Origin: an uncultured delta proteobacterium
GTDB taxonomy: Bacteria; Desulfobacterota; Binatia; UBA9968
Assembly (NCBI GenBank): GCA_963727625.1
Contig: CAVSHR010000002.1
Location: 757,575-821,574, forward strand
Direction: 5' to 3'
Length of the DNA: 64,000 bases
Shown: positions 41,500 through 51,171 of the stretch, in pieces
How the letters are laid out: each line of letters starts with the position of its first letter
Numbering within the stretch: position 1 is the stretch's first letter
Notes under the pieces: model-generated
Told to the model about the DNA's origin: nothing
Databases searched by the model: none
The model's input: the letters and a program-made list of their open reading frames with translations, nothing else
Position numbers and translations under genes: made by a program

Positions 41500-41851
41500 G
41501 CCACCGGCAGCACAATCGGACATTCTGGATAAGAGAAAAGATATTACGAGTGTGAACTTAAGGACCTCATTACGACGGGCCACCATTTTCGTTTAAGCTC
41601 AGCGACAGCGTAAGGATCAAGCTACCCTTCCCATTGACTCAATCCTGCCAGGCCGCTGTCCTTTTATTGTCTGTGTGCCGGAAACAACAAGATCTACGAA
41701 CTGCCGTTTCGAGGTAGCACTCGTAGCTTGTTTTTACTGGACTTTGTGGAGTTAGAATCTGGTCACGACTAATTTTCGCATGGCTCTGAAGAGCGCGTCG
41801 CCGCTAGTCGATGCAACGCATCATTTGCTTGTAACTTTCGAGCGTGCGGCT

Positions 41852-43054
41852 TTACGGTTTCTTTTCAAACAAGCTCGGGCTCATGCGCGAGGTCACGCCT
41901 TCTTTCTTGAGCGTGGCTTCGTACTCGTCGCGAATGAACGGATCCTCTTCGTCGTAGGGGATCGCCGTGCCGCCGTCGCGGATATCGATGGCGCCCTCGT
42001 CGATGGCTTTCTCACCCGGCCGGCCGGCTTGCTGGGCGCGGTGATTGTTGGGACCGTACCAACCCAACAAGCGCATGGGCTCTTTGCTCACGCCGAAGTG
42101 GGCGTGATACCAATCGCCGCTCATCGGCGCGGCGCTCACCATGCCTACGTGTTCGTAATCCTGGCGGATAACCTGGTCGGCGTGGCCGTCCTTCCACGGC
42201 GTGATGCCGAGCTTGGTCGGCCAGGTGTAGGTGTAACCCTTGCCTTTGATGCAGACGAGCACGGCCGCGGAAGCGTGGGCATGGGCCTTCGAGTATCTGC
42301 CGTTCTCATGCTCGCCGATGAATTGGTAAAAGACATTTTCGGTCATGCGCGGCTCCATGCGCCGGTAACCGGGCGAGCGGCGATTGTCCAGGGGTAATTC
42401 GCTATTGAAAACATCGGGAATGATGTTGGTTCGGCTCATCGCCAGGCCGCGCAGGGGATCGGGCTCGATATCAGTGTTGGGCTTGAAGAAATCCTCGGCG
42501 TCGCTGTAACGGTCTTGGAATACGTAGGGACAGTTGAAAATGAAATCGAGATTGCGCACCAGGTTGATCATGTTCGGCGCCGTGGTCGCGGCCAGCAGCA
42601 GCGCCGGCGTCGAGCGCGCGTTGATAACCCGGTGGCGCGCGTTCATCGGGATCGAAAAAATCGAGCCGGTCTGCCACTCGAACTGATGTTTCTTCGGCGA
42701 TCCCTCCACCCAAACTTCGGTGGTGCCGCGACCCTCGACCACCAGATAAATCTCTTCGTACATATGCTGCTCGGGATTTAACGCGCCGGCGCCGGGAACT
42801 TCGACAACGTAACAGCCCCACAGCCCTTCGGTGCCGTAGAGCTGGATGAAGGTGCCGCTGCCGCCCAGCCGTTTCCACGGCTTGAGCGGCAGGTCTTGCA
42901 CCCGATGCACGCCGATGCCGCGATAGACCGGGATACCTTGGCTCTCCATGAAGTTGTCGTAGGGCGCGTTGGGACGGTTCCAACTCCCGATGCCGGCGTT
43001 TTCGCCTTTTTCCGGCTCACGCCAGTGAGTTTGCGTCGAAGACGGTTTTGCCAT
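41852..43054 (-). CDS. Bicupin domain-containing protein
   Basis: QHMYEEIYLVVEGRGTTEVW, FSIPMNARH, YSKAHAH, WYHAHF. Confidence 0.8.
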   Translation of the reverse strand: MAKPSSTQTHWREPEKGENAGIGSWNRPNAPYDNFMESQGIPVYRGIGVHRVQDLPLKPWKRLGGSGTFIQLYGTEGLWGCYVVEVPGAGALNPEQHMYEEIYLVVEGRGTTEVWVEGSPKKHQFEWQTGSIFSIPMNARHRVINARSTPALLLAATTAPNMINLVRNLDFIFNCPYVFQDRYSDAEDFFKPNTDIEPDPLRGLAMSRTNIIPDVFNSELPLDNRRSPGYRRMEPRMTENVFYQFIGEHENGRYSKAHAHASAAVLVCIKGKGYTYTWPTKLGITPWKDGHADQVIRQDYEHVGMVSAAPMSGDWYHAHFGVSKEPMRLLGWYGPNNHRAQQAGRPGEKAIDEGAIDIRDGGTAIPYDEEDPFIRDEYEATLKKEGVTSRMSPSLFEKKP

Positions 43055-43235
43055 GACTCGCTCCTCGGTTTATAGGCAAGACTTACTCATAGGTCATTGT
43101 AGGTTTCGTCAAAAGCGAAATTCAAAGATTATCGCCTGCCATTCAATTGACGCTAGAAGACAGTCGGTCTATATCCTTTAAAACAATCACAAATTGAAAT
43201 CGGTTTAAAGACGATGGACGACTAAATCATCGGGG

Positions 43236-44099
43236 GTGAATCTCGTGTCGAAAAACGAAGCAAATCTTTACAAGTTCAGCGATAGCGTCTTTGCGGTGAT
43301 CGGCGAAGATGGCTTGACCAATTTCGGTATCGTCAAAGGCATGGACGATTCCGCTTTGTTGATCGACGGCGACATTCGCAGAATGGATGAGATTGACGAT
43401 GCCTTGCAAAGGACCGGCTGCCGCGCCGTACGCTACCTGCTCAACACCCATGAAAATTTCGACCATAGCTCGGCCAATTATTATTTCGAGAAGAACGGCG
43501 CGATGGTGATCGGCAGCGACGGTTGTTGGGAAGCTTTGCGGGAAGATGGCGAAGCGAAGTTCACTGAGATGGCCGGCCGCTCCCCCGAGCTTAAGACTCG
43601 CTACCCGGATCTAAAGATGGGGCAGGTGCAAGTGACCTTCACGCAGGCTCTGACGCTACGACTCCCCGGCGTCGACGTGCAGGTGCGGTTTTCGGCGCAT
43701 AACGGCAAGAGTCACAGCCGGGGCGATGCCGTCGCGTTCCTGGGACGCGAGCGCCTACTCTTCGCCGGCGACTTGCTCTACACCGATTTTCACCCGGTAA
43801 CAGTGTACGGCGACATTCCCAATTGGATCCAGAGCATCGATCAGCTGCTCGGGCAGAGCTTTGCCGCTGTCGTTCCCGGTCATGGGCCGGTGTCGGTGGG
43901 TGAAGTCGACTACAAACGCGCGTTCGAAAAATTCCGCGATTATTTGAACGATCTTCATGGCCGGCTGCTTGAGATGAAAGACGGCAAGAAAAGCCCCGGC
44001 GACGTCGAGTCGCACATGAAAAGCGGCGCCTACGCGAAGATGGGCAAAACCTGGATGGTGAAACGAAATATCGAGTATTTTCTGAAGGAGGCAAAGTAG
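43236..44099 (+). CDS. MBL-fold metallo-hydrolase (cyclase-like)
   Basis: NTHENFDH, HSRGD, LFAGDL, VPGHG. Confidence 0.85.
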   Translation: MNLVSKNEANLYKFSDSVFAVIGEDGLTNFGIVKGMDDSALLIDGDIRRMDEIDDALQRTGCRAVRYLLNTHENFDHSSANYYFEKNGAMVIGSDGCWEALREDGEAKFTEMAGRSPELKTRYPDLKMGQVQVTFTQALTLRLPGVDVQVRFSAHNGKSHSRGDAVAFLGRERLLFAGDLLYTDFHPVTVYGDIPNWIQSIDQLLGQSFAAVVPGHGPVSVGEVDYKRAFEKFRDYLNDLHGRLLEMKDGKKSPGDVESHMKSGAYAKMGKTWMVKRNIEYFLKEAK

Positions 44100-44249
44100 G
44101 GTGCAAAGTTATTGACTCGGATTCTTCCGAGCCGACAACGGCGTGAAACAAAACCACTTCGATGGCCACTGCTTGATGCCCTGCCAATGGACTCCCCAAT
44201 CCACGGTATTTTTATCCGACCTTGCGAAGCGGCGCCGAATGGGCCGGGC

Positions 44250-45011
44250 TCAGCTGATTCCTTTACGTTCGAGAAAAGCTTTAAAGCCCTCGCGCGGTGA
44301 ATTAGCTTTCAGTTTTTCTTTGCGCGCATTTTGCTCGGCGTCGAAGCGCTCGCGCCAGGCTAGGCCGACGTCGTCGTTGAGCAGCCGTTTGATGCCCTGC
44401 ACCATGCGCGGATCGTTTTCGCTGATCTGTTTGGCCATGGCGATCGACGTGTCGCGCAATTCCGCGCAGGGCACGAGCTGATTGAGCAAGCCGATGCGTT
44501 CGGCTTCGTCGGCTTTGACCGGACGGCCGGTGTAAAGCAGCTCTTTCGCTTTGGGCATGCCGACGACCAGCGGGAGCGACCAGGTTGAATTCGCCCGCCC
44601 ATACTTGGCGGCGAGGAATTGAATCTCGGCATGTTCGCAGCCGATGCGGATATCGAGCATGGTCGTCAGCTGGGCGCCGGCGCCGTAGGCCAGGCCGTTG
44701 ATCGCGCCGATGATCGGTTTGGCGAAGTTGGCAAGATGCCAATTCGCCTCGCGGCGGATCTCGCTGCGCGCGGCCATCTCCTCCGGCGTCGATTTGACCA
44801 TCTGCATGATGTCGCCGCCGGCGGAAAAAGCCCGCGGCCCGGCGCCGGTAAGAATCACCGCGCGGACATCGTCGTCTTTCTCGATCTTGGTCAGCTCTTC
44901 GTCCATTTCACACGCAAGCTCGTAGCTCAGCGCGTTGAGTTTTTCCGGGCGATTCATCGTGATGATCGTGATCTTTTCGATGCGCTCGGTGAGAATGTTT
45001 TTGTACCTCAT
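44250..45011 (-). CDS. Enoyl-CoA hydratase/isomerase family protein
   Basis: MNRPEKLNAL, AFSAGGD, KPIIGAINGLAYGAG. Confidence 0.88.
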   Translation of the reverse strand: MRYKNILTERIEKITIITMNRPEKLNALSYELACEMDEELTKIEKDDDVRAVILTGAGPRAFSAGGDIMQMVKSTPEEMAARSEIRREANWHLANFAKPIIGAINGLAYGAGAQLTTMLDIRIGCEHAEIQFLAAKYGRANSTWSLPLVVGMPKAKELLYTGRPVKADEAERIGLLNQLVPCAELRDTSIAMAKQISENDPRMVQGIKRLLNDDVGLAWRERFDAEQNARKEKLKANSPREGFKAFLERKGIS

Positions 45012-45123
45012 CGAATGACTCCTTAGGTTCAGCGCGCATTACAACAGAAAGGCGGATAATGGGCAACTGAAGGAATGCGTCGTGCGCGCGGCTGCGCAAA
45101 CCGATTAGAAAGGAAAAGTCAGT

Positions 45124-45200
45124 TTCACCAGGAAGGACACGAAGGGAATCAAACTTTCTAAACTACCAACTTCGTGCTCTTCGTGACCTTCGTGGTTGAA
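45124..45200. repeat. REP-like inverted repeat (CACGAAG/CTTCGTG family)
   Basis: CACCAGGAAGGACACGAAG ... CTTCGTGCTCTTCGTGACCTTCGTGG. Confidence 0.6.
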
Positions 45201-45277
45201 CGGAATGGTCCCGTAAATTTGGCCTCCGGGTGATAACAATCAATCGGTCGCCGTTACAAAACCTAAAACTCGCCACA

Positions 45278-46060
45278 TTATTGGGTTCTCACCGGCTCAT
45301 ACACCACGGCTTGTTTGATCACCGCGTCGATTTTGGTCGCCATCGGATTTTGGATTTCTTCGGCGATGTGGCCAATGGCGCCGAGGGTTCGACCGATCAA
45401 CGCGAAGGCCTTGGTGATCTGCCACGGGTAGCCCATGTCCAATGCAATCGCGCCGATAGCGCCGGTGACGTTGACCGGGATCAAGCGCTTGCGCCGCTCC
45501 GTCGTGAGCGCCGAGAGTTTCTCGATCAGTCCGCAGTATTTACCATAAACGCCGGTGTCTTTGGCGATTCCAAAGAGCGTTTCGACGCGCGGGTCGCCTT
45601 CGGCGTGGGTGCGATGGCCAATGCCGGGCATACGCTGCTTTCTCTTGTCGTAGTCGTCGACGATGGACGCGGCAATCGCATCGAGGTCAAAATTCTGGGC
45701 ATCCGGCGGAAGGGCTTCGGTGAGCATCTTCGCCGACCATTCCGACGAGCCGAGATGGACGCTGCCGGCGCCGCACAAGGCCGCCGCGACCGCCGCCTGC
45801 ATCGCCTCCGGGGCGCAATGATAAATGAGCCGCGCGGCGATCACATGGGAAATCAGGCCATGCTCGACGAGAATGATGAGGAGGGCGTCGATCATCTTGG
45901 CTTCGTTAGGGGTGGGCAGCCGCCCGCGCAAGATGAGTGAGGTCATATCCGTAAAAGTGATTTTGCCAACCAGCTCCTTGTTTAAATCATAGCCGCGCAC
46001 GAGTATGCGGTGCAGCTCCGCCTTGCCGATGCCCGTGACGATTTTTACCGGTTCCGCCAT
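45278..46060 (-). CDS. Citryl-CoA lyase / citrate synthase-like protein
   Basis: ILVRGYDL, LVEHG, PGIGHRTHAEGDPR, PVNVTGAIG, IGHIAEE. Confidence 0.85.
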   Translation of the reverse strand: MAEPVKIVTGIGKAELHRILVRGYDLNKELVGKITFTDMTSLILRGRLPTPNEAKMIDALLIILVEHGLISHVIAARLIYHCAPEAMQAAVAAALCGAGSVHLGSSEWSAKMLTEALPPDAQNFDLDAIAASIVDDYDKRKQRMPGIGHRTHAEGDPRVETLFGIAKDTGVYGKYCGLIEKLSALTTERRKRLIPVNVTGAIGAIALDMGYPWQITKAFALIGRTLGAIGHIAEEIQNPMATKIDAVIKQAVVYEPVRTQ

Positions 46061-46269
46061 TTGCCATTCCTCCATGGAAAAATTTTGCTATTTCGATACT
46101 AGGCCAAGGCTTCGCTGGAGGTCAAACGATCGCCGATCCGGCGGTTTATTTTCGCGGGTTTTTGTGAGTAATATGCGGCAAATTCTCGGTCGAAATCGAG
46201 CTTTAATGAACCGTCAACCGTCGGTTTCTCAGCTGGCGAACGCAGTAAGAGCGAGGTAAATTGACAATC

Positions 46270-47514
46270 ATGGGCGACTATACAAAGGAACATTACGATT
46301 TCCCTCTGACCAAGCCCAGCCAGAACAAACCCCTCAAAGGCGTACGGGTGATCGATGCCGGCAACATGGTGGCGGCGCCGTTTGCGACGGTGCTGCTCGC
46401 CGACTTCGGCGCGGACGTGATCAAGATCGAGCATCCCCAATACGGCGACGGTCAACGCAAGCTGGAGCCGATCATGAACGGCATCCCGCTCTGGTGGAAA
46501 GCGGTGGCGCGCAACAAGCGCTGCATCACGCTGGATCTCGGCAAACCGGAAGGCGCGGCAATCTTCAAACAGCTGATCAAAGGCACAGACGTCATCGTGG
46601 AAAATTACCGCCCCGGTACATTTGAAAAATGGGGCATCGGGCCGGACGCGATTCGCGCCATCGAGCCGCGCATCATTCTATTGCGCATCTCGGGTTTCGG
46701 CCAAACCGGCCCGTATAAAAACCGCGCCGGCTTCGGCCGCGTCGCCGAGGCGATGAGCGGGCTGACTAATTTGATCGGCGAGCCGGATGGCCCGCCGATG
46801 TCACCGGGCTATCCGCTCGGTGATTTGATCGCGGGAATCTTCGGCTCATTGTCGGTCATGATGGCGCTTTACCACCGCGATCTGCGCGGCGGCGAAGGCC
46901 AGGTGATCGACCTCGCGCTGTTCGAGGCGGTCTTTCGTTTTTTAGATTTCGATCCGATTCAGTACGATCAGATGAAGACGGTGCACAGGCGCACCGGTAA
47001 CCGGGTCGCCTACGTGGCGCCGAGCTCCATGTTCAAGACCAAGGACGGCAAGTATCTAACCTTGGCGGCGAGCACGCAGAACGTCTGGTTGCGCTTGGCC
47101 GAAGCGATCGGGCGTAAAGATATGACCACGGATCCCAAGTTCATCGACAATCCAGCCCGGGTGGAAAACTCCGTGGAGTGTAACGGCATCGTTGGTGCCT
47201 GGATTGAACAACATAGCCGCGATGAGGTGATCGAGCACTTCGATAAGTTCGGCGTGGCTTACTCGGCGGTCTTCGACATGGAAGATGCGTTTCGCGACAT
47301 CCAGTACCGCGCGCGCGAAGCGATGGTGCGCGTGCCGGACCCAGACCTCGGCGAGGCGATCGTGCAAAACGTCGTGCCGAAATTCTCGGCGACTCCCGGC
47401 TCGGTGGATTTTCTCGGCTCCAAGATGGGCGCGCATAACGAAGAAATTTTCTGCGACGAGCTCGGCTTGTCCAAGAAAAAGCTCAAGGAATTGAAAGACG
47501 CCGGGATTATTTAA
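46270..47514 (+). CDS. CaiB/BaiF (class III) CoA transferase
   Basis: PLKGVRVID, LADFGADVIKIEHP, RNKRCITLDL, GFGQTGPY. Confidence 0.92.
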   Translation: MGDYTKEHYDFPLTKPSQNKPLKGVRVIDAGNMVAAPFATVLLADFGADVIKIEHPQYGDGQRKLEPIMNGIPLWWKAVARNKRCITLDLGKPEGAAIFKQLIKGTDVIVENYRPGTFEKWGIGPDAIRAIEPRIILLRISGFGQTGPYKNRAGFGRVAEAMSGLTNLIGEPDGPPMSPGYPLGDLIAGIFGSLSVMMALYHRDLRGGEGQVIDLALFEAVFRFLDFDPIQYDQMKTVHRRTGNRVAYVAPSSMFKTKDGKYLTLAASTQNVWLRLAEAIGRKDMTTDPKFIDNPARVENSVECNGIVGAWIEQHSRDEVIEHFDKFGVAYSAVFDMEDAFRDIQYRAREAMVRVPDPDLGEAIVQNVVPKFSATPGSVDFLGSKMGAHNEEIFCDELGLSKKKLKELKDAGII

Positions 47515-47563
47515 GCTTCGTCAGGCTCACTGGGGCGCCAACATCCCGACAACCGCCTTCTTT

Positions 47564-47587
47564 AGGGGCGACCGGCCGGTCGCCCCT
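47564..47587. repeat. Perfect 24-bp palindrome, GTAG-type REP-like
   Basis: AGGGGCGACCGG|CCGGTCGCCCCT, downstream of the CoA transferase. Confidence 0.7.
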
Positions 47588-47724
47588 GCGTTCCTTCGTA
47601 CCGCCACAGTCTTTGGCCCTCCACCTCTGGCGAAAAAAATTTAGATGAAGTAGTCAAATTGAAACCGCTGCGGTGAATTCTACTTTTTGCCGCAGCGTAA
47701 GTTTCATCGAAAGGAAACACTTCA

Positions 47725-48708
47725 ATGCTGACCCATCTCGCTCCGCCGCAGATCAGAGGAATAACCGGGCTCGAACTCGCGGCAGGGGTGTTCACTAAAT
47801 GCTCCGACCAGTTGGCGACGCAGCTCCAGATCTCGCTTACCTCGGGTAAAAAAGATTCCGGACCGATGCCGTTTCGTGTCGGCATCAACGGCGATGTCTA
47901 CGGCGGCATGCGCGCGCCCATCGAGGTGGGCACCAGGCAGGTCGATATCGCTTACGTCAATCCGGCGGCGCTGGTGGCGATGGCCTATCGCGGCAAGGGC
48001 TATTACAAGAAAAAGCTGGAGCTGCGGGTGCTCGGCTGTTTCCCCTCCTGGGACCGCATAGCACTGGTCGTGTCAAAGGATCTCGGCATGAAGTCGCTCC
48101 ACGACATCGCGCGGCGAAAAATTCCGCTCCATGTGTCGACGCGCATGTCGGGTGTCGACAACGGAACGTATTTTACGATCTCGACGATTCTCTCTTGCTA
48201 TGGGCTCTCCTTCGACAAGATCAAAGGCTGGGGCGGGAGAGTGCAGGAGTGCGGCCGGCCGTTCGCGCCGGAGCGGTTGAAAAGCATCGCCACGCGGTCG
48301 GTTAGCGCGGTGTTCGACGAAGGCGTCAGCACCCCCGGTGGCTGGCTCGACCAGGCGCTCGACAACGGCTATGAAATCATTCCCTTGGAGCCGGCGATCG
48401 TCAAAAAGCTCGAGCAAATGGGCTATAACAAATCGGTTCTCCCGAAGCGCCGCTATCGCCCGCTCAAAGCGGACGCATTGACCATCGATTACAGCGGCTG
48501 GGCGCTGGTGACACACAAGTGGTTGCCGAATAAAATCGCCTATGCCGCCGTTGAAACCATCGACGAACGAAAAAAGGTTATCCCGGTGGACGATGACCGG
48601 CCGCTCAATATGAAAAATCTCTGCCGCGCTACGGATAAGTGCCCGCTGCCGGTGCCGCTCCATCCCGGTGCGGCGAAGTATTATCGGCAAAAAGGATATC
48701 TGAAATAA
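47725..48708 (+). CDS. TAXI-family TRAP solute-binding-like protein, no signal peptide
   Basis: MAYRGKG, C-terminal PVPLHPGAAKYYRQKG (TAXI signature). Confidence 0.75.
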   Translation: MLTHLAPPQIRGITGLELAAGVFTKCSDQLATQLQISLTSGKKDSGPMPFRVGINGDVYGGMRAPIEVGTRQVDIAYVNPAALVAMAYRGKGYYKKKLELRVLGCFPSWDRIALVVSKDLGMKSLHDIARRKIPLHVSTRMSGVDNGTYFTISTILSCYGLSFDKIKGWGGRVQECGRPFAPERLKSIATRSVSAVFDEGVSTPGGWLDQALDNGYEIIPLEPAIVKKLEQMGYNKSVLPKRRYRPLKADALTIDYSGWALVTHKWLPNKIAYAAVETIDERKKVIPVDDDRPLNMKNLCRATDKCPLPVPLHPGAAKYYRQKGYLK

Positions 48709-48709
48709 G

Positions 48710-48773
48710 CGTGTTTGTGATCGTGAACGTGTTTGGAACTTCACGAGCACGCTCCACGAACACGATCACGAAT
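48710..48773. repeat. Imperfect inverted repeat (CGTGATCGTG/CACGATCACG type)
   Basis: TTGTGATCGTG ... CACGATCACGAA. Confidence 0.5.
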
Positions 48774-48792
48774 GCCCCTTTTGGAGGTCCAC

Positions 48793-51012
48793 ATGAACTA
48801 TCACGTCATTGGTCACTCGACGCCACGAACGGATAACACCGGAAAAGTCACCGGCGAGGCTCGCTATACCTCGGACGTGCACTTGCCCGGAACGCTCTGG
48901 GCGAAAACGCTGCGCAGCCCCTATTCTCATGCGCGCATCAAGCGCATCGATATTTCTCGCGCGGTGGATGCGCCGGGCGTGCGCGCCGTGCTCACGGGTA
49001 ACGACGTGCGCGGGATTCTCTATGGCCGGCGCTATCGTGACATCTCCGTGTTGGCCCAGGATCGCGTGCGCTTCGTGGGCGAGCGCGTTGCCGCCGTGGC
49101 GGCGGACACGCTCGAGCAGGCGGAAGAGGCCTTGGAGCTGATTCAAGTCGACTACAAGGAGCTGCCGGCGGTCTTCGATCCGATCGCGGCCGTGCAGGAA
49201 GGCGCGCCGATCGTTCATCCCGACGTCGCCAGTTATAAAGGGCTTCCCAAGCCGCTGGAACAGCCCACCAATCGCTTTGTTTACGACGTTTTCACCCGCG
49301 GCGATATCGGCGTGGGATTCGCCCAATCCGATCTAATCGTCGAGAACACCTTCACTGTGCCGCGGGTGCATCAATCGTTTATCGAGCCGCACTGCTGCGT
49401 GGTGTGGATCGATGAGCGGGAGCGGGTGCAGATGTGGTCGCCCAATAAGGTGCCGCACGGATTAAAAGAAAGCATGTCGCAAGCCTTCGGCCTTGCCAAA
49501 GAAAAGATCCGCGTCAACCCCGTGGCCATCGGCGGCGACTTTGGCGGCAAGGGGGCGCCGATCGACGAGCCGATCTGCTACCTGCTCGCGGTGCGCAGCG
49601 GCAGGCCGGTCAAGATGATCATGGAGTACCGGGAAGAGTTTTTTGCCGGCGCGCCGCGCCATGCGGCGATCATCAAGTTGAAAACCGGAGTGCGCCGTGA
49701 CGGCGCGATGGTCGCCCATCAAATGGATGCCTATCTCGACGCCGGCGCCTACGGCGGCTTTCGACCCGGCGCCGTCATCAACGGCATCACCCATGCCGGC
49801 GGCTGTTACCGAGCCGACCATGCGAAGATCGCGGTCTCGCGCGTTTACACGAACAACCTTCCCGGCGGCCAGATGCGCGCGCCGGGCGAGCCCCAAGGTT
49901 TTTTCGCCGCCGAGTCGCATATGGACTGCGTCGCGCGCAAGCTCGGCATGGATCCCTACGATTTCCGCATGAAAAATTTGATGGAAGAGGGCGATATCAC
50001 GCTGACCGGCGGCCATTATAAAGCGATCAAAGCCAAGGAGACGCTGCGCGCTGCGGCCGAGGCGGCAGGATATTCGACACCCAAACGAAAGTACATCGGC
50101 CGCGGTGTCGCCGTGGGCTACCGCGGGCCGGGAGGTGGAACGACGTCGCTCAAGGTCGAGCTTACTCCCGAAGGCTCGGTCGTGATCCATACTTCGTTTT
50201 TCGAGCAGGGGACCGGCACCTACACCACGCTTAGACAGATCACCGCCGAGGAGCTGGCTTGCGGCGCGGATGAGATCCAGATCAAAACTCTCGACACCGA
50301 TTCCGGGGTCGCTTCGGATACCGGCCTCGGCGGCAGCCGCGGCACGCGCGTGGCCAGCGGCGCGGCGTACCGAGCGGCGCACGCGGCCAAGGAGGACTTG
50401 CTGGCGCTGGCGGAGAGCATGTTGGGCTGGCCAAAAAGCGAAATAATTCTCAAGGGCAAAAACATCGTCAACGTGGAGGCAAAGAAGCAGCAACGCTGGC
50501 AAGAGTTGTTGGCGCGGGCGGGTCGCTCGATCACCGGAGAGGCGTTCAATAAAGACGACGATCATTCGCCGGTGACGGCATTTGCCGCTCAGGTTGCCGA
50601 GGTTGCCGTGGACCCGGAAACCGGCGCAGTTACGCTGCGCCGGCTGACCACCGCGCACGACACCGGCATGATTATGAATCCCATCGGCCATCAAGGGCAG
50701 ATCGAAGGCGGTGTCGTTCAGGGGATCGGCTACGGCCTGATCGAGTACCTGCCGGTGCAGGACGGACGGGTCCAAGTGGCCAACTTCGGCGAGTACAAGA
50801 TCCCGACCGTCAAAGACATCCCGGCGCTCAAGACCGTGATCCTCGCCGGCAACGAAGGTGTCGGCCCGTACAATGTCAAAGGTATCGGCGAGAACCCGAT
50901 CAGCCCGCCGGCGCCGGCCATCGCCAACGCCATAGAAGACGCGGTGGGCGTGCGCATCAAAGATTTGCCGATCACGTCGGAAAAAATTTATCGGGTGCTG
51001 CGCGGCGAGTGA
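48793..51012 (+). CDS. Xanthine dehydrogenase family molybdopterin-binding (large) subunit
   Basis: KVTGEARY, IGGDFGGK, QMRAPGEPQ, GQIEGG, KGIGE. Confidence 0.92.
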   Translation: MNYHVIGHSTPRTDNTGKVTGEARYTSDVHLPGTLWAKTLRSPYSHARIKRIDISRAVDAPGVRAVLTGNDVRGILYGRRYRDISVLAQDRVRFVGERVAAVAADTLEQAEEALELIQVDYKELPAVFDPIAAVQEGAPIVHPDVASYKGLPKPLEQPTNRFVYDVFTRGDIGVGFAQSDLIVENTFTVPRVHQSFIEPHCCVVWIDERERVQMWSPNKVPHGLKESMSQAFGLAKEKIRVNPVAIGGDFGGKGAPIDEPICYLLAVRSGRPVKMIMEYREEFFAGAPRHAAIIKLKTGVRRDGAMVAHQMDAYLDAGAYGGFRPGAVINGITHAGGCYRADHAKIAVSRVYTNNLPGGQMRAPGEPQGFFAAESHMDCVARKLGMDPYDFRMKNLMEEGDITLTGGHYKAIKAKETLRAAAEAAGYSTPKRKYIGRGVAVGYRGPGGGTTSLKVELTPEGSVVIHTSFFEQGTGTYTTLRQITAEELACGADEIQIKTLDTDSGVASDTGLGGSRGTRVASGAAYRAAHAAKEDLLALAESMLGWPKSEIILKGKNIVNVEAKKQQRWQELLARAGRSITGEAFNKDDDHSPVTAFAAQVAEVAVDPETGAVTLRRLTTAHDTGMIMNPIGHQGQIEGGVVQGIGYGLIEYLPVQDGRVQVANFGEYKIPTVKDIPALKTVILAGNEGVGPYNVKGIGENPISPPAPAIANAIEDAVGVRIKDLPITSEKIYRVLRGE

Positions 51013-51026
51013 CGGAATTATCAGTC

Positions 51027-51121
51027 GAGATGCTTCGCTTTGTTCAGCATGACACCGGTGCAATTTTCGCTGTGCCGGCAGACTGTGTCTTGCTGTCATT
51101 CCGAGCGATAGCGAGGAATCT
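51027..51121. repeat. REP-like inverted pair (TGTCATTCCGAGCG..GAGGAATCT family)
   Basis: GAGATGCTTCGCT..CAGCATGACA / TGTCATTCCGAGCGATAGCGAGGAATCT. Confidence 0.6.
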
Positions 51122-51171
51122 TGGTTTCGGTACCGCGGCGCAACGCCGAGCTTGTTGGGGAGGATTGATTC

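Noticed and set aside
49462-51099. Long antisense ORFs (545 aa here, and others opposite tctC and amidohydrolase genes)
   Set aside because: Shadow ORFs from high-GC codon bias opposite well-supported genes.
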